Below are positions 30,163-44,282 of a stretch of 64,000 bases of DNA, in pieces. Within the stretch, counting starts at the first letter, position 1; each line of letters begins with the position of its first letter. The translations under genes and the position numbers were made by a program. The stretch comes from Eledone cirrhosa (taxonomy: Eukaryota). The stretch covers positions 33,356,001 through 33,420,000 of the forward strand of contig OZ024749.1 in NCBI GenBank assembly GCA_964016885.1, in the 5' to 3' direction. The notes beneath the pieces are model-generated. The model worked only from the letters and a program-made list of their open reading frames with translations, did no database searches and had not been told where the DNA came from.

Positions 30163-30739
30163 CCAGCAACAACAACAATTGCAGTAACAACAACAACAGC
30201 AACAAGAGGACCTATATAACAGTCCCAAACCATGTTTTGAAACAAATGTATGAAATAAATTTGATTCAGGGCGAAAGAAAGGAAGAAAATAAAGATAACA
30301 ATTACACAAATAAAAAAAAGATGAAAATTACACAAATAAAAAAAAAATGAAAATTATACAAATGAAAAAAAAGATGAAAATTACGCAAATAAAAAAAAAA
30401 GATGAAAATTACGCAAATAAAAAAAAGATGAAAATTACACATAAAAAAAAAGATGAAAAATACGGAAATAAAAAAGAAACAAAGAATCTGGTAAAAATAA
30501 AAGGGAGTAAACTAGAAAAAAAAAGGAATAAAAGGAGATATTATGAAACAGGGTGTAAATTAATATCAGCTTTAAGCTGTGTTTTTATTGATTATTCTGG
30601 GCTGACAACTCGGTGAATAGAAACAAAAGCCGTAGAGACAATAGTAACCTCTAAATATGGCTACTGGAAAAATACGTATATAACAACGGTAAATGTTTTA
30701 GAGTAGAAGTTACATATATATAGAGTTCTTCAGAAATAG

Positions 30740-30870
30740 TGAAGGCGCATGGCTTAGTTGCATGGGTTTGCAATCGAGTTCGATTCTCGGACTGGGTGAT
30801 GTGTTGTGTCCTTGAGCAAGACACTTTATTTCACGTTGTTCCAGTTTACTCAGCTGTAGAAATGAGTCGC
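30740..30870 (+). mobile_element. SINE family 2 head and body
   Basis: TGGCTTAGTTG A-box, GAGTTCGATTC B-box, GTGTCCTTGAGCAAGACAC body. Confidence 0.7.
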
Positions 30871-31439
30871 TATCCTGCCAAATCAATAGGTGGCAGTAGT
30901 TCTAGCTGCACGCATAGAAAGACTGGTGTAATGGTTTCTGAGAACAATGCAGCTTTGCAGACGATCAATGCAAATTGACAATGGAAAGGTGCTCCCGCTC
31001 GAGTTAGAAGAGAACTATTGACCTTCAGGAGAAGCAGTGACCCCTGATTGTATTCAGCAACCGAAACAAATATGAAGTACACCAAATCCAATGCTCATAG
31101 GGGCGGCCCAGGTTCTTCTTATTTGCGAGTGTAAACTCGGCCAGATTAGATTAGATTAGATATAAAAGATTCGACTATGTTTCGAAACCTGCTTGAAGTT
31201 ATGTCAGTTAACTCGAGAGATCCATCACGGGTTATGATGACAATGAACATTAAATTAACGTAAATTTAGATGAGTATTCTCTGGCAGAAATCGTTTCTGT
31301 TCAGACCTGTAGACTGGATGGACTCCGCCAGCTTTAAAAAATGTCTAAGACACACTATTTTACTATGACCCTACTACACCTCTGTCTGGAAGCACAGGCC
31401 CATATATATATATATATATATGTTATAATCCTGTTATAA

Positions 31440-31643
31440 GGGCGTTGGACTGGCAACTTCGGTAGAGCATCGGCCAACATGCTTTTCAGCAAAGAGTTAC
31501 GTCCCTTTACGTTCTCAGTTCAAATCACGCCGAGGTTAACTTTGCTTTTCATCCTTACGGGGTCGCACTTGAGTCAATTTAATCGACTTTCCCTTTTCCC
31601 CCAAAACATATTGTTGGCGTTATGATTAAATCAGAAACCATTA
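31440..31643 (+). mobile_element. SINE family 1 with 14-bp TSD
   Basis: TSD TATAATCCTGTTAT at 31424 and 31644. Confidence 0.85.
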
Positions 31644-31650
31644 TATAATC

Positions 31651-31700
31651 CTGTTATGCACATTTCAAAGACATCAAACTGATGTGTTGTCATCAGACAG
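31651..31700 (-). ncRNA. Minimal type-I hammerhead ribozyme, intact core
   Basis: Minus strand: ctgt-CTGATGA-caac.acatca/tgatgt.cttt-GAAA-TGTGCA-TA-acag. Confidence 0.75.
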
Positions 31701-31772
31701 ATATTTTGTTTTTGATATGCTTGCTATAATATGGAACACGATGTTAGCCGACCGGCTATAAGCGAGCATATT

Positions 31773-31818
<46 letters not shown>

Positions 31819-31824
31819 TATATG

Positions 31825-31895
<71 letters not shown>

Positions 31896-31936
31896 CGAAA
31901 CATAAGTTAATTGCATGAACTCATAATCCTTTATTT

Positions 31937-31992
31937 ACTGCTATATATATTTCGATGATAGCCATTGGATGGCTATGACCTCATCAGACAGT
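31937..31992 (-). ncRNA. Minimal type-I hammerhead ribozyme, intact core
   Basis: Minus strand: actgt-CTGATGA-G..atagccat/atggctat..C-GAAA-TATATA-TA-gcagt; G10.1-C11.1 pair present; AATAAA follows. Confidence 0.8.
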
Positions 31993-32061
31993 TAGTCAGT
32001 TCTTAGATATGCCAGCTCTGTGTTTATGGTGTTGATGGTATCAGAGCCTTGACACACATAC

Positions 32062-32132
<71 letters not shown>

Positions 32133-32221
32133 GTATGTATTTCCTTATTCTAAAAATACTCTGTCACCCCTGTGTGGAAAATGCACGCTGAGTTCTTGAG
32201 TTGAATTACATCAATATTTTT

Positions 32222-32265
<44 letters not shown>

Positions 32266-32640
32266 ACTACACAAGTCGTTTTGTTATGGCTGATGACAGC
32301 AATACTAAAACTATATTACTTTTGATTACTAAAATACCGAACATTACTGACACCAATGCTGATATCGGTACTGATATCTAAGTCAATAGGTGGAAGTAAT
32401 AAATATCAGCATTGTCTTGGTCAGACGACCAAAGAAATAAACAAGAAAAACCAAACCCACATCATTACGGGTGGTCTTCGCTATGTGACTGAGATTTTTA
32501 TATACAGTTGTTAGGAAGAAATTCTGGTGTATATATATATATGGTGTATATGTATATATACATATTTTGTATATATATGATATTATATTCAGTTGTTTAT
32601 TTATTTACTGCGTATAGATACGTGCGTGCATAATACATAA

Positions 32641-32758
<118 letters not shown>

Positions 32759-32835
32759 GTGTGTTTTTGAGCCGTGTGCACGGGTGTGCCTGTGTGTATG
32801 CGTGCGTGCGTGTGTATGTCACTATGTGTATATAT

Positions 32836-32878
<43 letters not shown>

Positions 32879-33367
32879 AACGTAACACAGACATGCCACA
32901 GACACTACCACCACCACCAACAACGACAGCAACAACAACAACACCATCACTACCACCTCCCATCACTACCACCACCACCACTGCCTTCCCCTCGCCCCAC
33001 CCCAACCCATCTGCATTGACCTTTGTTGAACAATGGTGGGAAAGAAGTTGTGAATTAAAGCCAAGAAACAGTCAGTCTTGCTATTGCTTCTAATTCTGAG
33101 AAGAATGTGGTTTAAGATTTCTTTAAAGTTTGCTTCTATTGCATCAGTTGAAATAGCTGGCACTGCCTGTTTTTATAACCAAAAGTGTTGACATTATGGG
33201 TACCAACGCTGCCCCTTCCGGAGAACCTCCTGGGAGAGAAAAAATGGGGATGGAAAGAAGGTGGAAAGCCACAAACGGATAACAACCTTAGCTTGAAAGA
33301 AATATTCCATTTACGTGGCTAAAAACTAAAGTCTTTTGTAAGCATGCATTAATAGCACAATATTACG

Positions 33368-33404
<37 letters not shown>

Positions 33405-33476
33405 ACATACACATACACACACACACACAGACACAGACACACACACACATACACACACACAAACACACAAACGCAT

Positions 33477-33524
<48 letters not shown>

Positions 33525-34068
33525 ACACACACACACACACACACACGCGCACACGCATACGCACACGCGCACACGCACACACGCATACGCACACAAACCC
33601 ACACATATATATATTGGTTTCCATCTGTCAGTGGTGGGGCCGATATTACGCACACACACACGCGCGCCCCCACACACACATACACACACGCACACGTACA
33701 CACATGCATACGCACACACACATACACATATATATATATATTGGTTTCCATCTGTTAGGGGGGGGGGGGGGGCGATAACATTGTTAGAACTCAATGTGGC
33801 CTTGGAAAGATGGTTTCAGCAAGATTAGAATACTGTGTACTGTAGTTTTTTTGGTAAGTCCCCACATAGTTTAATGTTCCTGAAGAAGTAGGTCGATCGA
33901 ACAGGGACTTCGAGACTAGAAACATGTAGCGACGTAATTATTACCATGCCTAGTCGATATATCAATCTTCCATGATCAATCGATCCTCTGAAACGACCGT
34001 AAAGCAATGAACTAATTAACTACCTACCAATGACTTATGATTTGTTTTCAATGTTCTATGCACCTCGC

Positions 34069-34103
<35 letters not shown>

Positions 34104-34254
34104 CTGTGTGTGTGTGTCTGCGTGTGTGGTGCGTGTGTATGTGCGTGCGTGTTTGTGAGTTCGTGTTTATACATCTATATATATATGTGTGTGCGTGTGT
34201 GTTTGTCCGTGTTGAATTTAGATGCCATATTGAAAAATCAAGCCCAGTTTGATA

Positions 34255-35240
34255 AGAATAGAAAACGTATGTTGGTATAAGCAAACAATACAATACACTG
34301 AATATATAATTAGTTTAACGCTTGATATAGTAGGAAAAGAGTCTTCAATTGTTCTTTAATTCATAGATAATTTCCAATTCTTTCCGACTGGCGTTGGATT
34401 TAGGTTTAGGGTGTGGTAGTTCATTGTCTGGGAAAGTTGATATATGATCATAAACTTTGTCCAAGGCTACTTTTTTAGGTTTGTAGTTGCTTTTATTCCG
34501 TACAATTGACTCGACACTGTTTTCCTTGTAAAAAAATTCCTCTGTTAGGCGTAATTTTCTACAGAAGTGTGAAATATCACCGTTTTATTGGGGCATTGTG
34601 GTGTGTAAGGGAATTGTAATCCCTTCCAGAAGATCTTGATTTATTGGGTTGATAGGATTATATTTGATAGATTGATTATTTTCGCTTTTTCATAATCGGT
34701 GAGTAATATTACTCGATAAAATGTGTAGCTCGGAGTTCAGAGAGTCACTCCGGGTAGAGTCTTTTATAGTTATATCGGATATTCTTAGGTGCGGATTGTC
34801 TTTTGTTCCTGTTTGGAATTGTTTTGTGAGTTGTGGTTTCTATTCCCTTGTATGTTAGGATCTATGGTTTCAGAATAAACTTTGTTTTGAGGCAGGAAGT
34901 TGTTTTAGTGGGGTTATTTTGTTGTCTAAAGGTTCTGGAATTGTCACTATAACTTTGGTGAGTGTAGGTTTGACGTTTTGACATTGGTTTTGTTCGTTGT
35001 GAGTGTGGAATGGGTTATCAGTATGCTGAACCAAACAGCATGTTTTTCTATCCCCGAAGAGATGTAAGTCTTTCATTTTCACAACTTTCCCTCTAAAGTT
35101 TAGTGGTGTTTTCATAGAGTCGGCCATAAGAATATTTTGAAATTTCTTCTTCGATTTTTGTTGGTCGACAGATTTGAATTTTTCCTCGCTGGAGTTGGTT
35201 CTTAACCGTTAGTACATACAACACAACTGTTATTATATAT
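34255..35240 (-). mobile_element. Internally deleted Penelope-like retroelement (decayed N-terminal ORF joined to a terminal repeat)
   Basis: Minus strand reads DISHFCRKLRLTEEF...KSNASRKELEIIYELKNN (PLE pre-RT region); 34255-34345 matches the terminal-repeat family at 36870 and 63440. Confidence 0.65.
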
Positions 35241-35242
35241 AT

Positions 35243-35427
35243 AGGATTGGCAGTATCGGTAGAGGGTCCGACGCCATGCTTTGACGCATAGAGTTACGGC
35301 CCTTCCCATTCTGAGTTCAAATCCCACCGAGGTTAACTTTGCCTTTCATCCTTACGGGGTCGATAAAATAAAGTACCAGTAATGCACTGGGTTATTGCTG
35401 GCCTTGTTCCAAAAGTAGAAACAATTA
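35243..35427 (+). mobile_element. SINE family 1
   Basis: Full copy in a TA tract. Confidence 0.9.
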
Positions 35428-36000
35428 TATATATATATAAAGATCGATATATAATATATAACGATCATGTGGCCCCATAATGACTCTATGAGAGAATTAT
35501 GGCTACAAATCCAAGACCTCAGAGCTTTGCACACAGCCAATATCATAGGAAACCACTTATTTAATATTTTGCAGAGAATATTCTAATTAGGTTTAAAAAG
35601 GCGTAAAGACAGAATAAGTATTATGCTTAAACTGCCACCAAGTTTTCATAAGGCCTATATGGTACCACTTCATACAGCAAAAATCATCAACATTTACCGT
35701 TGATTAACTTCGGTAAATGGTGAAGCTAAGAGCTGCAATCATCAGTAGACATCTTGGGATTCTAAAAAAATATTAGTTCCCAAAGAACGAGAGGCCAGCC
35801 ATTGCTCCCGCCACGTATAAAAAAATGTTATAATGTTATAGATACATTATTCATATATTTAGATATTTAGACATACTCATTTACAATATATAATATACAC
35901 ATACAAACATACACCCCCCCCCCTATATATATATGTACATACATACACACACATAGACACACACACACACACACGCACACACACACGCACACACACACAG

Positions 36001-36031
<31 letters not shown>

Positions 36032-36627
36032 CACACACATATATACATAAAATATACGTAATATATTATACAAATGTGTGTACGTAATATGGTGGTAAAG
36101 AAATAAATATGTAATTAGAATTGACAGTAACAAACATACTTCTAATATATTATTGTACATATGTATTATAAATAATTTATTAGTAGTTGGATATAGCTTT
36201 TCCTTTCTCCCAACACACTCCCCTTTGTTGCTTGCAGTAGGATACTGCTATTCCTCTCTTCACCATACTCCCTCTGTTTCCTGTCTTTAAACGTCTCTTT
36301 GAAATATTCCCGTCGAGAAACATATTCAAGTTTCATTAAACACTCCACCCTGTTTTTATAACAAAACAGTCGTAAACGACTGTTTTGCTTAATTGAACTT
36401 GTTGTTGATGTTGTTGCTGTTGTTGTTGGTACATAATCGCAAGGTTTCCAGATGTGACCCTACCCTCTTTATCTATATAACTACGAGGTGAACAATTAGA
36501 AGAATCGTTGGAGCGCTAAAGACTGAATGCCTTGCGGTATTTGTGCTGGCTCTGTGCGCCCTCAATTAGAATCCCACCACCATTACGAAGTCGATAAAAT
36601 AATGCACCAGTCCACTACTGGATTCAG

Positions 36628-36763
36628 TTCTTCTTCTTCTTCTTCTTCTTCTTCTTCTTCTTCTTCTTCTTCTTCTTCTTCTTCTTCTTCTTCTTCTTCT
36701 TCTTCTTCTTCTTCTTCTTCTTCTTCTTCTTCTTCTTCTTCTTCTTCTTCTTCTTCTTCTTCT
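36628..36763. repeat. Perfect (TTC)n microsatellite
   Basis: Read directly; similar tracts at 39568-39706 and 46022-46121. Confidence 0.97.
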
Positions 36764-36819
36764 CCCCCCCCCCCTCTCTCTCTCTCTCTCTTTCTCTCTC
36801 TCTGTATATATATATATAT

Positions 36820-37043
36820 AGACACAAAAAGTAAACGGAAGCAACAGAGCAAACAATACAGTATAATAAAGAAATATATTAGTTTAACGCTTGATATAGT
36901 AGGAAAAGTATCTTAACGTTTCGGGGGGTAGTCTTTTATCGAAGACAGAATATACATATGTATAAGTTTCGAAGATTATAGAAAACCCAGTCGCTAACCA
37001 TACTCAACACTAAATACGATGACCTGACTTGTGAGGTGGACTG

Positions 37044-37045
<2 letters not shown>
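36820..37045 (-). mobile_element. PLE-like terminal remnant with decayed hammerhead (36911-36945)
   Basis: Minus strand: tctt-CGATAAA...ccGAAACGTT-aaga; downstream TCAAGCGTTAAACTAATATA shared with 34305 and 63452. Confidence 0.55.
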
Positions 37046-37082
<37 letters not shown>

Positions 37083-37226
37083 TACATTTATACATAATAT
37101 ATACATACATGCATACATACAATCATACACTCATATGTATACATACAGACATTCCTACATACAAACATACATACACACATACACTCACACATATATATAC
37201 ATAGATACATACATACATAGATGCAT

Positions 37227-37271
<45 letters not shown>

Positions 37272-38363
37272 CACACGCACACACACACACATATATATAT
37301 ATACACATAGATACGTACATAAATAGATGCATAGATACTCACACATTTATATGTGTACACACACACACACACATATATATATTTATATGTACACATACAC
37401 ACGCGCACACACACATATATATATACACATAGATACGTACATAAATAGATGCATAGATACTCACACATTTATATGTGTACACACACACACACACACATAT
37501 ATATATTTATATACAATATCGCGTAAAGTTCAAGGGCAAGCATGAATAGCAAAAGCAAACATTTAACTCAAGTTTGTTTATTTTTGATGTGACAGAAAAA
37601 TGGAGAAACCAATGGCGGGAAAAACATACTTAATAGAAAATTACATAATAAACCATCACAGCCACCGCCTCCACCTCCACCTATTCCACCACCACCACCA
37701 CCATCATTTCAATATCAGTCATCACAGCCACTACCTCCACAACCACCACCACCACTATCTCAAGTATGACTCATCACAGCCACCATCGCCATCACCATCA
37801 CATCGACCACAGCCGCCATCATCATCACAGCCACCACTTCCACCACCACCACCACCACCATCTCAAGTATCACTCATCACAGCCACCATCACCATCACCT
37901 CCACCATCACCATCACCATTACTACCACCACTTGCCACCACGATCACTACTACCACCACCACAGCCACCACGACCATCACAACCACCACTACCACCACAA
38001 CCACTACGACTACCACTACCACCACAACCACCACAACCACTACAACCATCAGAACCACCACTACCACCACTACTACCACTGTCACCACGACCATCACAAC
38101 CACCACTACCACCACCACCACGACTACCACTACCACCACCACCACCACCACCACCACGACAAATAGAACTCCCACAACCACCACTACCACCATTACCACC
38201 ACTACCAATACAACCGTCAGAACCACCACGACTACCACTACCACAACAATGATTACAACCAACATTAAATATAAAAGTCGAAACCAAAACAACTTTTATG
38301 TTTCTAAATTTTTGGCTCCAATTCTAATGGCTATGAAATATGTGAAACTCTCTTTGATGTCAA

Positions 38364-39385
38364 TGAAGAAATACAAAATAAGGTAGCTTAATTTGTGATA
38401 CAACTAAGAAACATATCTGAAGTGCTTGCCTCATAAAACCTGTCTGTTGTAATTCCTGATATTCCCAGTTGAAATACAAAAAAAAACTGCGAATTGGTAA
38501 AGTCTAAAGAGCACCAGGTTAAAGAAGAATTTCTTCTCTATCTCTGTTCCCTGAGTTTAATTCTCATCGAATCCAATTCATTCGTTTCATCTCCTTATTA
38601 CTATCTTCAGAGAGTCGCCATGCTTTCCAGCATATGGGTATGTTGTTACAATGTCTCAGGAAAGAATCGCTGGACAGATTTTACGGGGCAAAACCAACCG
38701 AGTGAAGAAATACAAAATAAGGTAGCTTAATTTGTGATACAACTAAGAAACATATCTGAAGTTCTTGCCTCATAAAACCTGTCTGTTGTAATTCCTGATA
38801 TTCCCAGTTGAAATACAAAAAAAAAAACTGCGAATTGGTAAAGTCTAAAGAGCACCAGGTTAAAGAAGAATTTCTTCTCTATCTCTGTTCTCTGAGTTTA
38901 ATTCTCATCGAATCCAATTGATTCGTTTCATCTTCTTATTATTATCTTCAGAGAGTCGCCATGCTTTCCAGCATATGGATATGTTGTTACAATGTCTCAG
39001 GAAAGAATCGCTGGACAGATTTTACGGGGCAAAACCAACCGAGTGAAGAAATACAAAATAAGGTAGCTTAATTTGTGATACAACTAAGAAACATATCTGA
39101 AGTTCTTGCCTCATAAAACCTGTCTGTTGTAATTCCTGATATTCCCAGTTGAAATACAAAAAAAAAAACTGCGAATTGGTAAAGTCTAAAGAGCACCAGG
39201 TTAAAGAAGAATTTCTTCTCTATCTCTGTTCTCTGAGTTTAATTCTCATCGAATCCAATTGATTCGTTTCATCTTCTTATTATTATCTTCAGAGAGTCGC
39301 CATGCTTTCCAGCATATGGATATGTTGTTACAATGTCTCAGGAAAGAATCGCTGGACAGATTTTTACGGGGCAAAAACCAACCGA
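38364..39385. repeat. 3 x ~340-bp tandem duplication
   Basis: TGAAGAAATACAAAATAAGGTAGC at 38364, 38703 and 39044. Confidence 0.96.
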
Positions 39386-39570
39386 CATGAGACCCAGAGG
39401 TAGACCCTGAGCAAGATGGTTGGATAACATCCACGAGCTTGGCTTGATCACTCTTGGATATCCAGCCGGATCAATTGGAGACGATTGTTTCTGACAGGAC
39501 CTGCTGGAAGGAGTGTTTGGTGACTCTGCCTCCACGACTTTCCCAGGAATAAGTGGGCGAAGTGGGCGAA
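39313..39570 (+). mobile_element. RTE-clade LINE 3' end with (GAA)n tail
   Basis: RPRGRP*ARWLDNIHELG..IQPDQLETIVSDRTCWKECLVTLPPRLSQE*; a second partial copy at 39768-39867. Confidence 0.75.
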
Positions 39571-40227
39571 GAAGAAGAAGAAGAAGAAGAAGAAGAAGAA
39601 GAAGAAGAAGAAGAAGAAGAAGAAGAAGAAAAAGAAGAAGAAAAAGAAGAAGAAGAAGAAGAAGAAGAAGAAGAAGAAGAAGAAGAAGAAGAAGAAGAAG
39701 AAGAAGATATTTAAAGTTGGTCCTTAACCGTTAGTAAAGCACAAATGTTATTATATATAAAGATCAAGGAGACAGTAGCCTCAGAGGTAGGCTCTGAGCA
39801 AGATGGTTGGAAAACCTCCACGAGCTTGGCTGGTCACGCTTGGGGATCCAGCCGGATCACACTGGATTTGTTAGAGCGTCAGACTTATGGTACGTATATC
39901 CTTCCTTTCCTTTCAGTTCTGAGTTCACCTGCTAAATCGGTCACTAAGTTGTATCGGATCCCGTCTTTCTCTTGGCCATTGGTGACAATGAGAGTGGAGA
40001 CTTCTAAGCATGAATGACAGCCCGTGCATACCAGTCCCCGCTCACCATACCACCAATTTTGTACAAGGGGAAGGTAAGGTCCGACACAACTGGGCACCAG
40101 TGTCATTACAACTGAATTTCCGCAGTTAAGTGGACAAGAGCAGCGTGAAATAAATGATTAGCTGAAGGACACAACACTCCATCGTATTCGGGAATCGACC
40201 TCAAGATCTTACAATGCTGTGCCTAAC

Positions 40228-41062
40228 ACACAAACCTTTCGTATACATGTCTACACACAAACCTTTCGTCTACATGTCTACACACAAACCTTTCGTATAC
40301 ATGTCTACACACAAACCTTTCGTCTACATGTCTACACACAAACCTTTCGTCTACATGTCTACACAAACCTTTCGTCTACATGTCTTCACACAAACCTTTC
40401 GTCTACATGTCTACACACAAACCTTTCGTCTATATGTCTACACACAAACCTTTCGTCTACATGTCTACACACAAACCTTTCGTCTACATGTCTACACAAA
40501 CCTTTCGTCTACATGTCTACACACAAACCTTTCGTCTATATGTCTACACACAAACCTTTCGTCTACATGTCTTCACACAAACCTTTCGTCTACATGTCTA
40601 CACACAAACCTTTCGTCTACATGTCTTCACACAAACCTTTCGTCTACATGTCTTCACACAAACCTTTCGTCTACATGTCTTCACACAAACCTTTCGTCTA
40701 CATGTCTTCACACAAACCTTTCGTCTACATGTCTACACACAAACCTTTCGTCTATATGTCTACACACAAACCTTTCGTCTACATGTCTACACACAAACCT
40801 TTCGTCTACATGTCTACACAAACCTTTCGTCTACATGTCTACACACAAACCTTTCGTCTATATGTCTACACACAAACCTTTCGTCTACATGTCTTCACAC
40901 AAACCTTTCGTCTACATGTCTACACACAAACCTTTCGTATACATGTCTTCACACAAACCTTTCGTCTACATGTCTACACACAAACCTTTCGTCTACATGT
41001 CTTCACACAAACCTTTCGTCTACATGTCTACACACAAACCTTTCGTCTACATGTCTTCACAA
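40228..41062. repeat. 27-bp minisatellite, ~31 copies
   Basis: ACACAAACCTTTCGTCTACATGTCT(A/T)C units, with occasional 25-mers. Confidence 0.97.
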
Positions 41063-41187
41063 GTGAGAAAATATTTGAGGAATTATTTTGTATTCAAATA
41101 GTGGGTCTAGACTTACATTTTAAGATTGTTTTTTTAAAATTATTTTCCGAATAGCAGAGGTGAGGGAATAAGAAGATATATATACAT

Positions 41188-41255
<68 letters not shown>

Positions 41256-41267
41256 CGAGATAGATAG

Positions 41268-41306
<39 letters not shown>

Positions 41307-41651
41307 GAGAGAGAATCATAAGAAATATAAGAAAAAAATACAGTGTAATATTTTCAGTGAAATTTGGTATAAGGAAACTGTAGACGCCAATCGTGTGAAT
41401 GTATGTATGTGTATATATATATGTATATGTATATATATTCACATATACACACGATGGTGTGTATGTGTTTGCGCGCGTTTATTTACGGTCGTGTCTGATA
41501 AATGATATATGTAAATTCACTTACATTTATCATTTATTTCTGGGCGTCAAAACATACTTTCACCACACTCTTGCGACTATGTCACTGACAACGTATTATG
41601 TATGTATGTATGTATGTATGTATGTATGTATGTATGTATGTATGTATGTAT

Positions 41652-42160
41652 GTTTTCTCTTTCTCTTAATTTCGAGTATATTTTTTTGACCGGCCACCTT
41701 CCTGGTGGCAAGGTTGTAAAAGAAAAGAAATTGTCATCCCTTGAATCGCAAGAATGTTTTGCAAATTTTGAAGGTGCCAGCTATCGCAGCCATTTGTAGA
41801 CTATGAATTAGGGAGCTGCGCTTGTATGTATGTATGTATGTATGTATGTATGTATGTATGTATGTATGTATGTATGTATGTATGTATGTATGTATGTATG
41901 TATGTATGTGTGTATGTACGTACGTATGTATGTATGTATGTATGTGTGTATGTACGTACGTATGTATGTATGTATGTATGTATGTATGTTTTCTCTTTCT
42001 CTTAATTTCGAGTATATTTTTTTGACCGGCCACCTTCCTGGTGGCAAGGTTGTAAAAGAAAAGAAATTGTCATCCCTTGAATCGCAAGAATGTTTTGCAT
42101 ATTTTGAAGGTGCCAGCTATCGCAGCCATTTGTAGACTATGAATTAGGGAGCTGCGCTTG
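41652..42160 (-). mobile_element. Two tandem 3' ends of an R4/Dong-like LINE in (CATA)n
   Basis: KRSSLIHSLQMAAIAGTFKICKTFLRFKG* aligns by eye with the C-terminus of the 48643 ORF; copies at 41652-41823 and 41988-42160. Confidence 0.7.
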
Positions 42161-42552
42161 TATGTATGTATGTATGTATGTATGTATGTATGTATGTATG
42201 TATGTATGTATGTATGTATGTATGTATGTGTGTATGTACGTACGTATGTATGTATGTATGTGTGTATGTACGTACGTATGTATGTATGTATGTATGTATG
42301 TATGTATGTATGTATGTATGTATGTATGTATGAATGTATGTATGTACGTACGTACGTACGCCCGTATATATGTATGTATGTATATATAGAGAGAGTCTGG
42401 GGTGCTGAGACCGGGGAGACTACTAATCATGAGAGTACTCAATGTATGGGGAGATGCAGAGTAGGTATAGAGATATGTAAATTCACGACCGCCTGGCGCT
42501 GTGGTCGAGATTTTACACCTCTCTCTCTCTGTATATATATATATATATATAA

Positions 42553-42632
<80 letters not shown>

Positions 42633-42945
42633 TATTTTACGAAGCGCTGAGGGGTGTGCTCATGCGCAGAAATGCTATAAAGTAAGATGAAGACTCTTGT
42701 GTTCCGAAAAATAAGGTGCCATTAGCCGCTATGAGGAATCGAACTTGGTATCTCTATATCGGCTATGTGCTTTGAACTATTAAGCCAAGGGACCGTGACA
42801 ACTCTTATCGTCTTAAAATAGGTAACCGAATCACAGCTTTATCTACAAACAAGCATTGTTTATACGCGGCCGAAGCGCTGGGGGAGGGGGATAAAGTTGA
42901 TATAATATAAAGAGTGGTGTGCTCATGCGTGGAGATGCTATAAAA

Positions 42946-43108
42946 TAATAGTTTCTACTTTTGGCACAAGGCCAGCGATTACCCCAGTGCACCACTGGTA
43001 CTTTATTTTATCGACCTCGTAAGGATGAAAGGCAAAGTTAACCTCGGCGGATTTGAACTCAGAACGCAAAGGGCCATAACCTTGCTGCAAAACATGGTGT
43101 CTGAGATG
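42946..43108 (-). mobile_element. SINE family 1, 5'-truncated
   Basis: Flanked by the direct repeat GAGATGCTATAAAATAATA. Confidence 0.85.
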
Positions 43109-43692
43109 CTATAAAATAATAGATCAGCTAAGTAGAAACGATGTTTGTTTATGAGCCGTAACGTTTCGGAAACTAGTACATCGTCGTAAATTAAAATTCA
43201 GAAAGAAGGATTGTTTTGGTGAGAGAAGAATAAATAAAAAATAAAAAAATAAAAAAAAGCCCCCCCCCCCCCCCCCCCTCGGAAACGAGAGAAGAAAACA
43301 CGTGTAGTCTCCGTTTCTACTTTAAAAATATAAGTTAAACTGAGTCTATCACAGGGATACCTGTACAAGGCTTAACTGAAATCAATGTAGTTGTGAAACA
43401 AATACTTTAACTACATTGACAATTCTACGCTAATCTAGTTAACATTTCCTCATAATAATTAAAACAACTGGATTCGTCATTTTCAACAAGCCGAAGAAGT
43501 AGCTTTAAATAACAAACGTTAGCTACAAAACCTTCTTAAAGTTCAATATATTAGTGGCAGAATAAAAATGAAATATTTCTAAAAGTTCAGCATTCGATTG
43601 ATTTATTGCCATCTAAATGTCAACGAAAGTGTTTTCAATCTTACTGTGTTGTATTGAATAGATTTATTGAATTAAAATAAGGAAGAGTCATA

Positions 43693-43762
<70 letters not shown>

Positions 43763-43840
43763 CATAACTTCATACGTACATACATACGTACATATATACA
43801 TTCATATATATGTGTGTGTATATATATATATATACATATA

Positions 43841-43887
<47 letters not shown>

Positions 43888-44031
43888 ACATATATATATT
43901 TGCATATATACATACTAGATGCATTTGTACATGCATACATACACACATACATACTTACAAACATACATACATACATACATATATATGTATGTATCTATTT
44001 ATATATGTATGCATATATATATATATATATA

Positions 44032-44232
44032 CGAGAAAAACCACAGACCCTCCATCTCAACTCTACTTTTGAAAAGCAGAAGAACTGCGAAACCGGTAAA
44101 GGAACCAAATAAATATATATATTTAAAAAAAAATAAGACTCCAGTTGCATTTTCGATTTCATATTTTTTTCTTTATACTTTCACTCGTGTAGGACACCTT
44201 GGTTATTTTTCATTTTGTAAAATAAACCTCAC

Positions 44233-44240
<8 letters not shown>
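44032..44240 (+). mobile_element. PLE-like terminal remnant with decayed hammerhead (44064-44103)
   Basis: tactt-TTGAAAA-gcag/ctgc-GAAA-CCGG-TA-aagga; (TA)n flanks. Confidence 0.6.

Positions 44241-44282
<42 letters not shown>

Noticed and set aside
32966-33170. Possible host exon (AISTDAIEANFKEILNHILL...)
   Set aside because: No recognisable domain, weak splice sites and no partner exons.
38563-38615. Hammerhead-like CTGAAGA...GAAACGAAT/ATTCG on the minus strand (in all three repeat units)
   Set aside because: No stem II, U16.1 absent and stem I out of register.
40214-41154. 295- and 311-aa repetitive ORFs
   Set aside because: 27-bp minisatellite with frame-shifting 25-mers; open in all three + frames.
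42722-42796. tRNA-like sequence on the minus strand
   Set aside because: A and B boxes are present but the cloverleaf is degraded; a repeat head rather than a tRNA gene. The same applies to the SINE heads.
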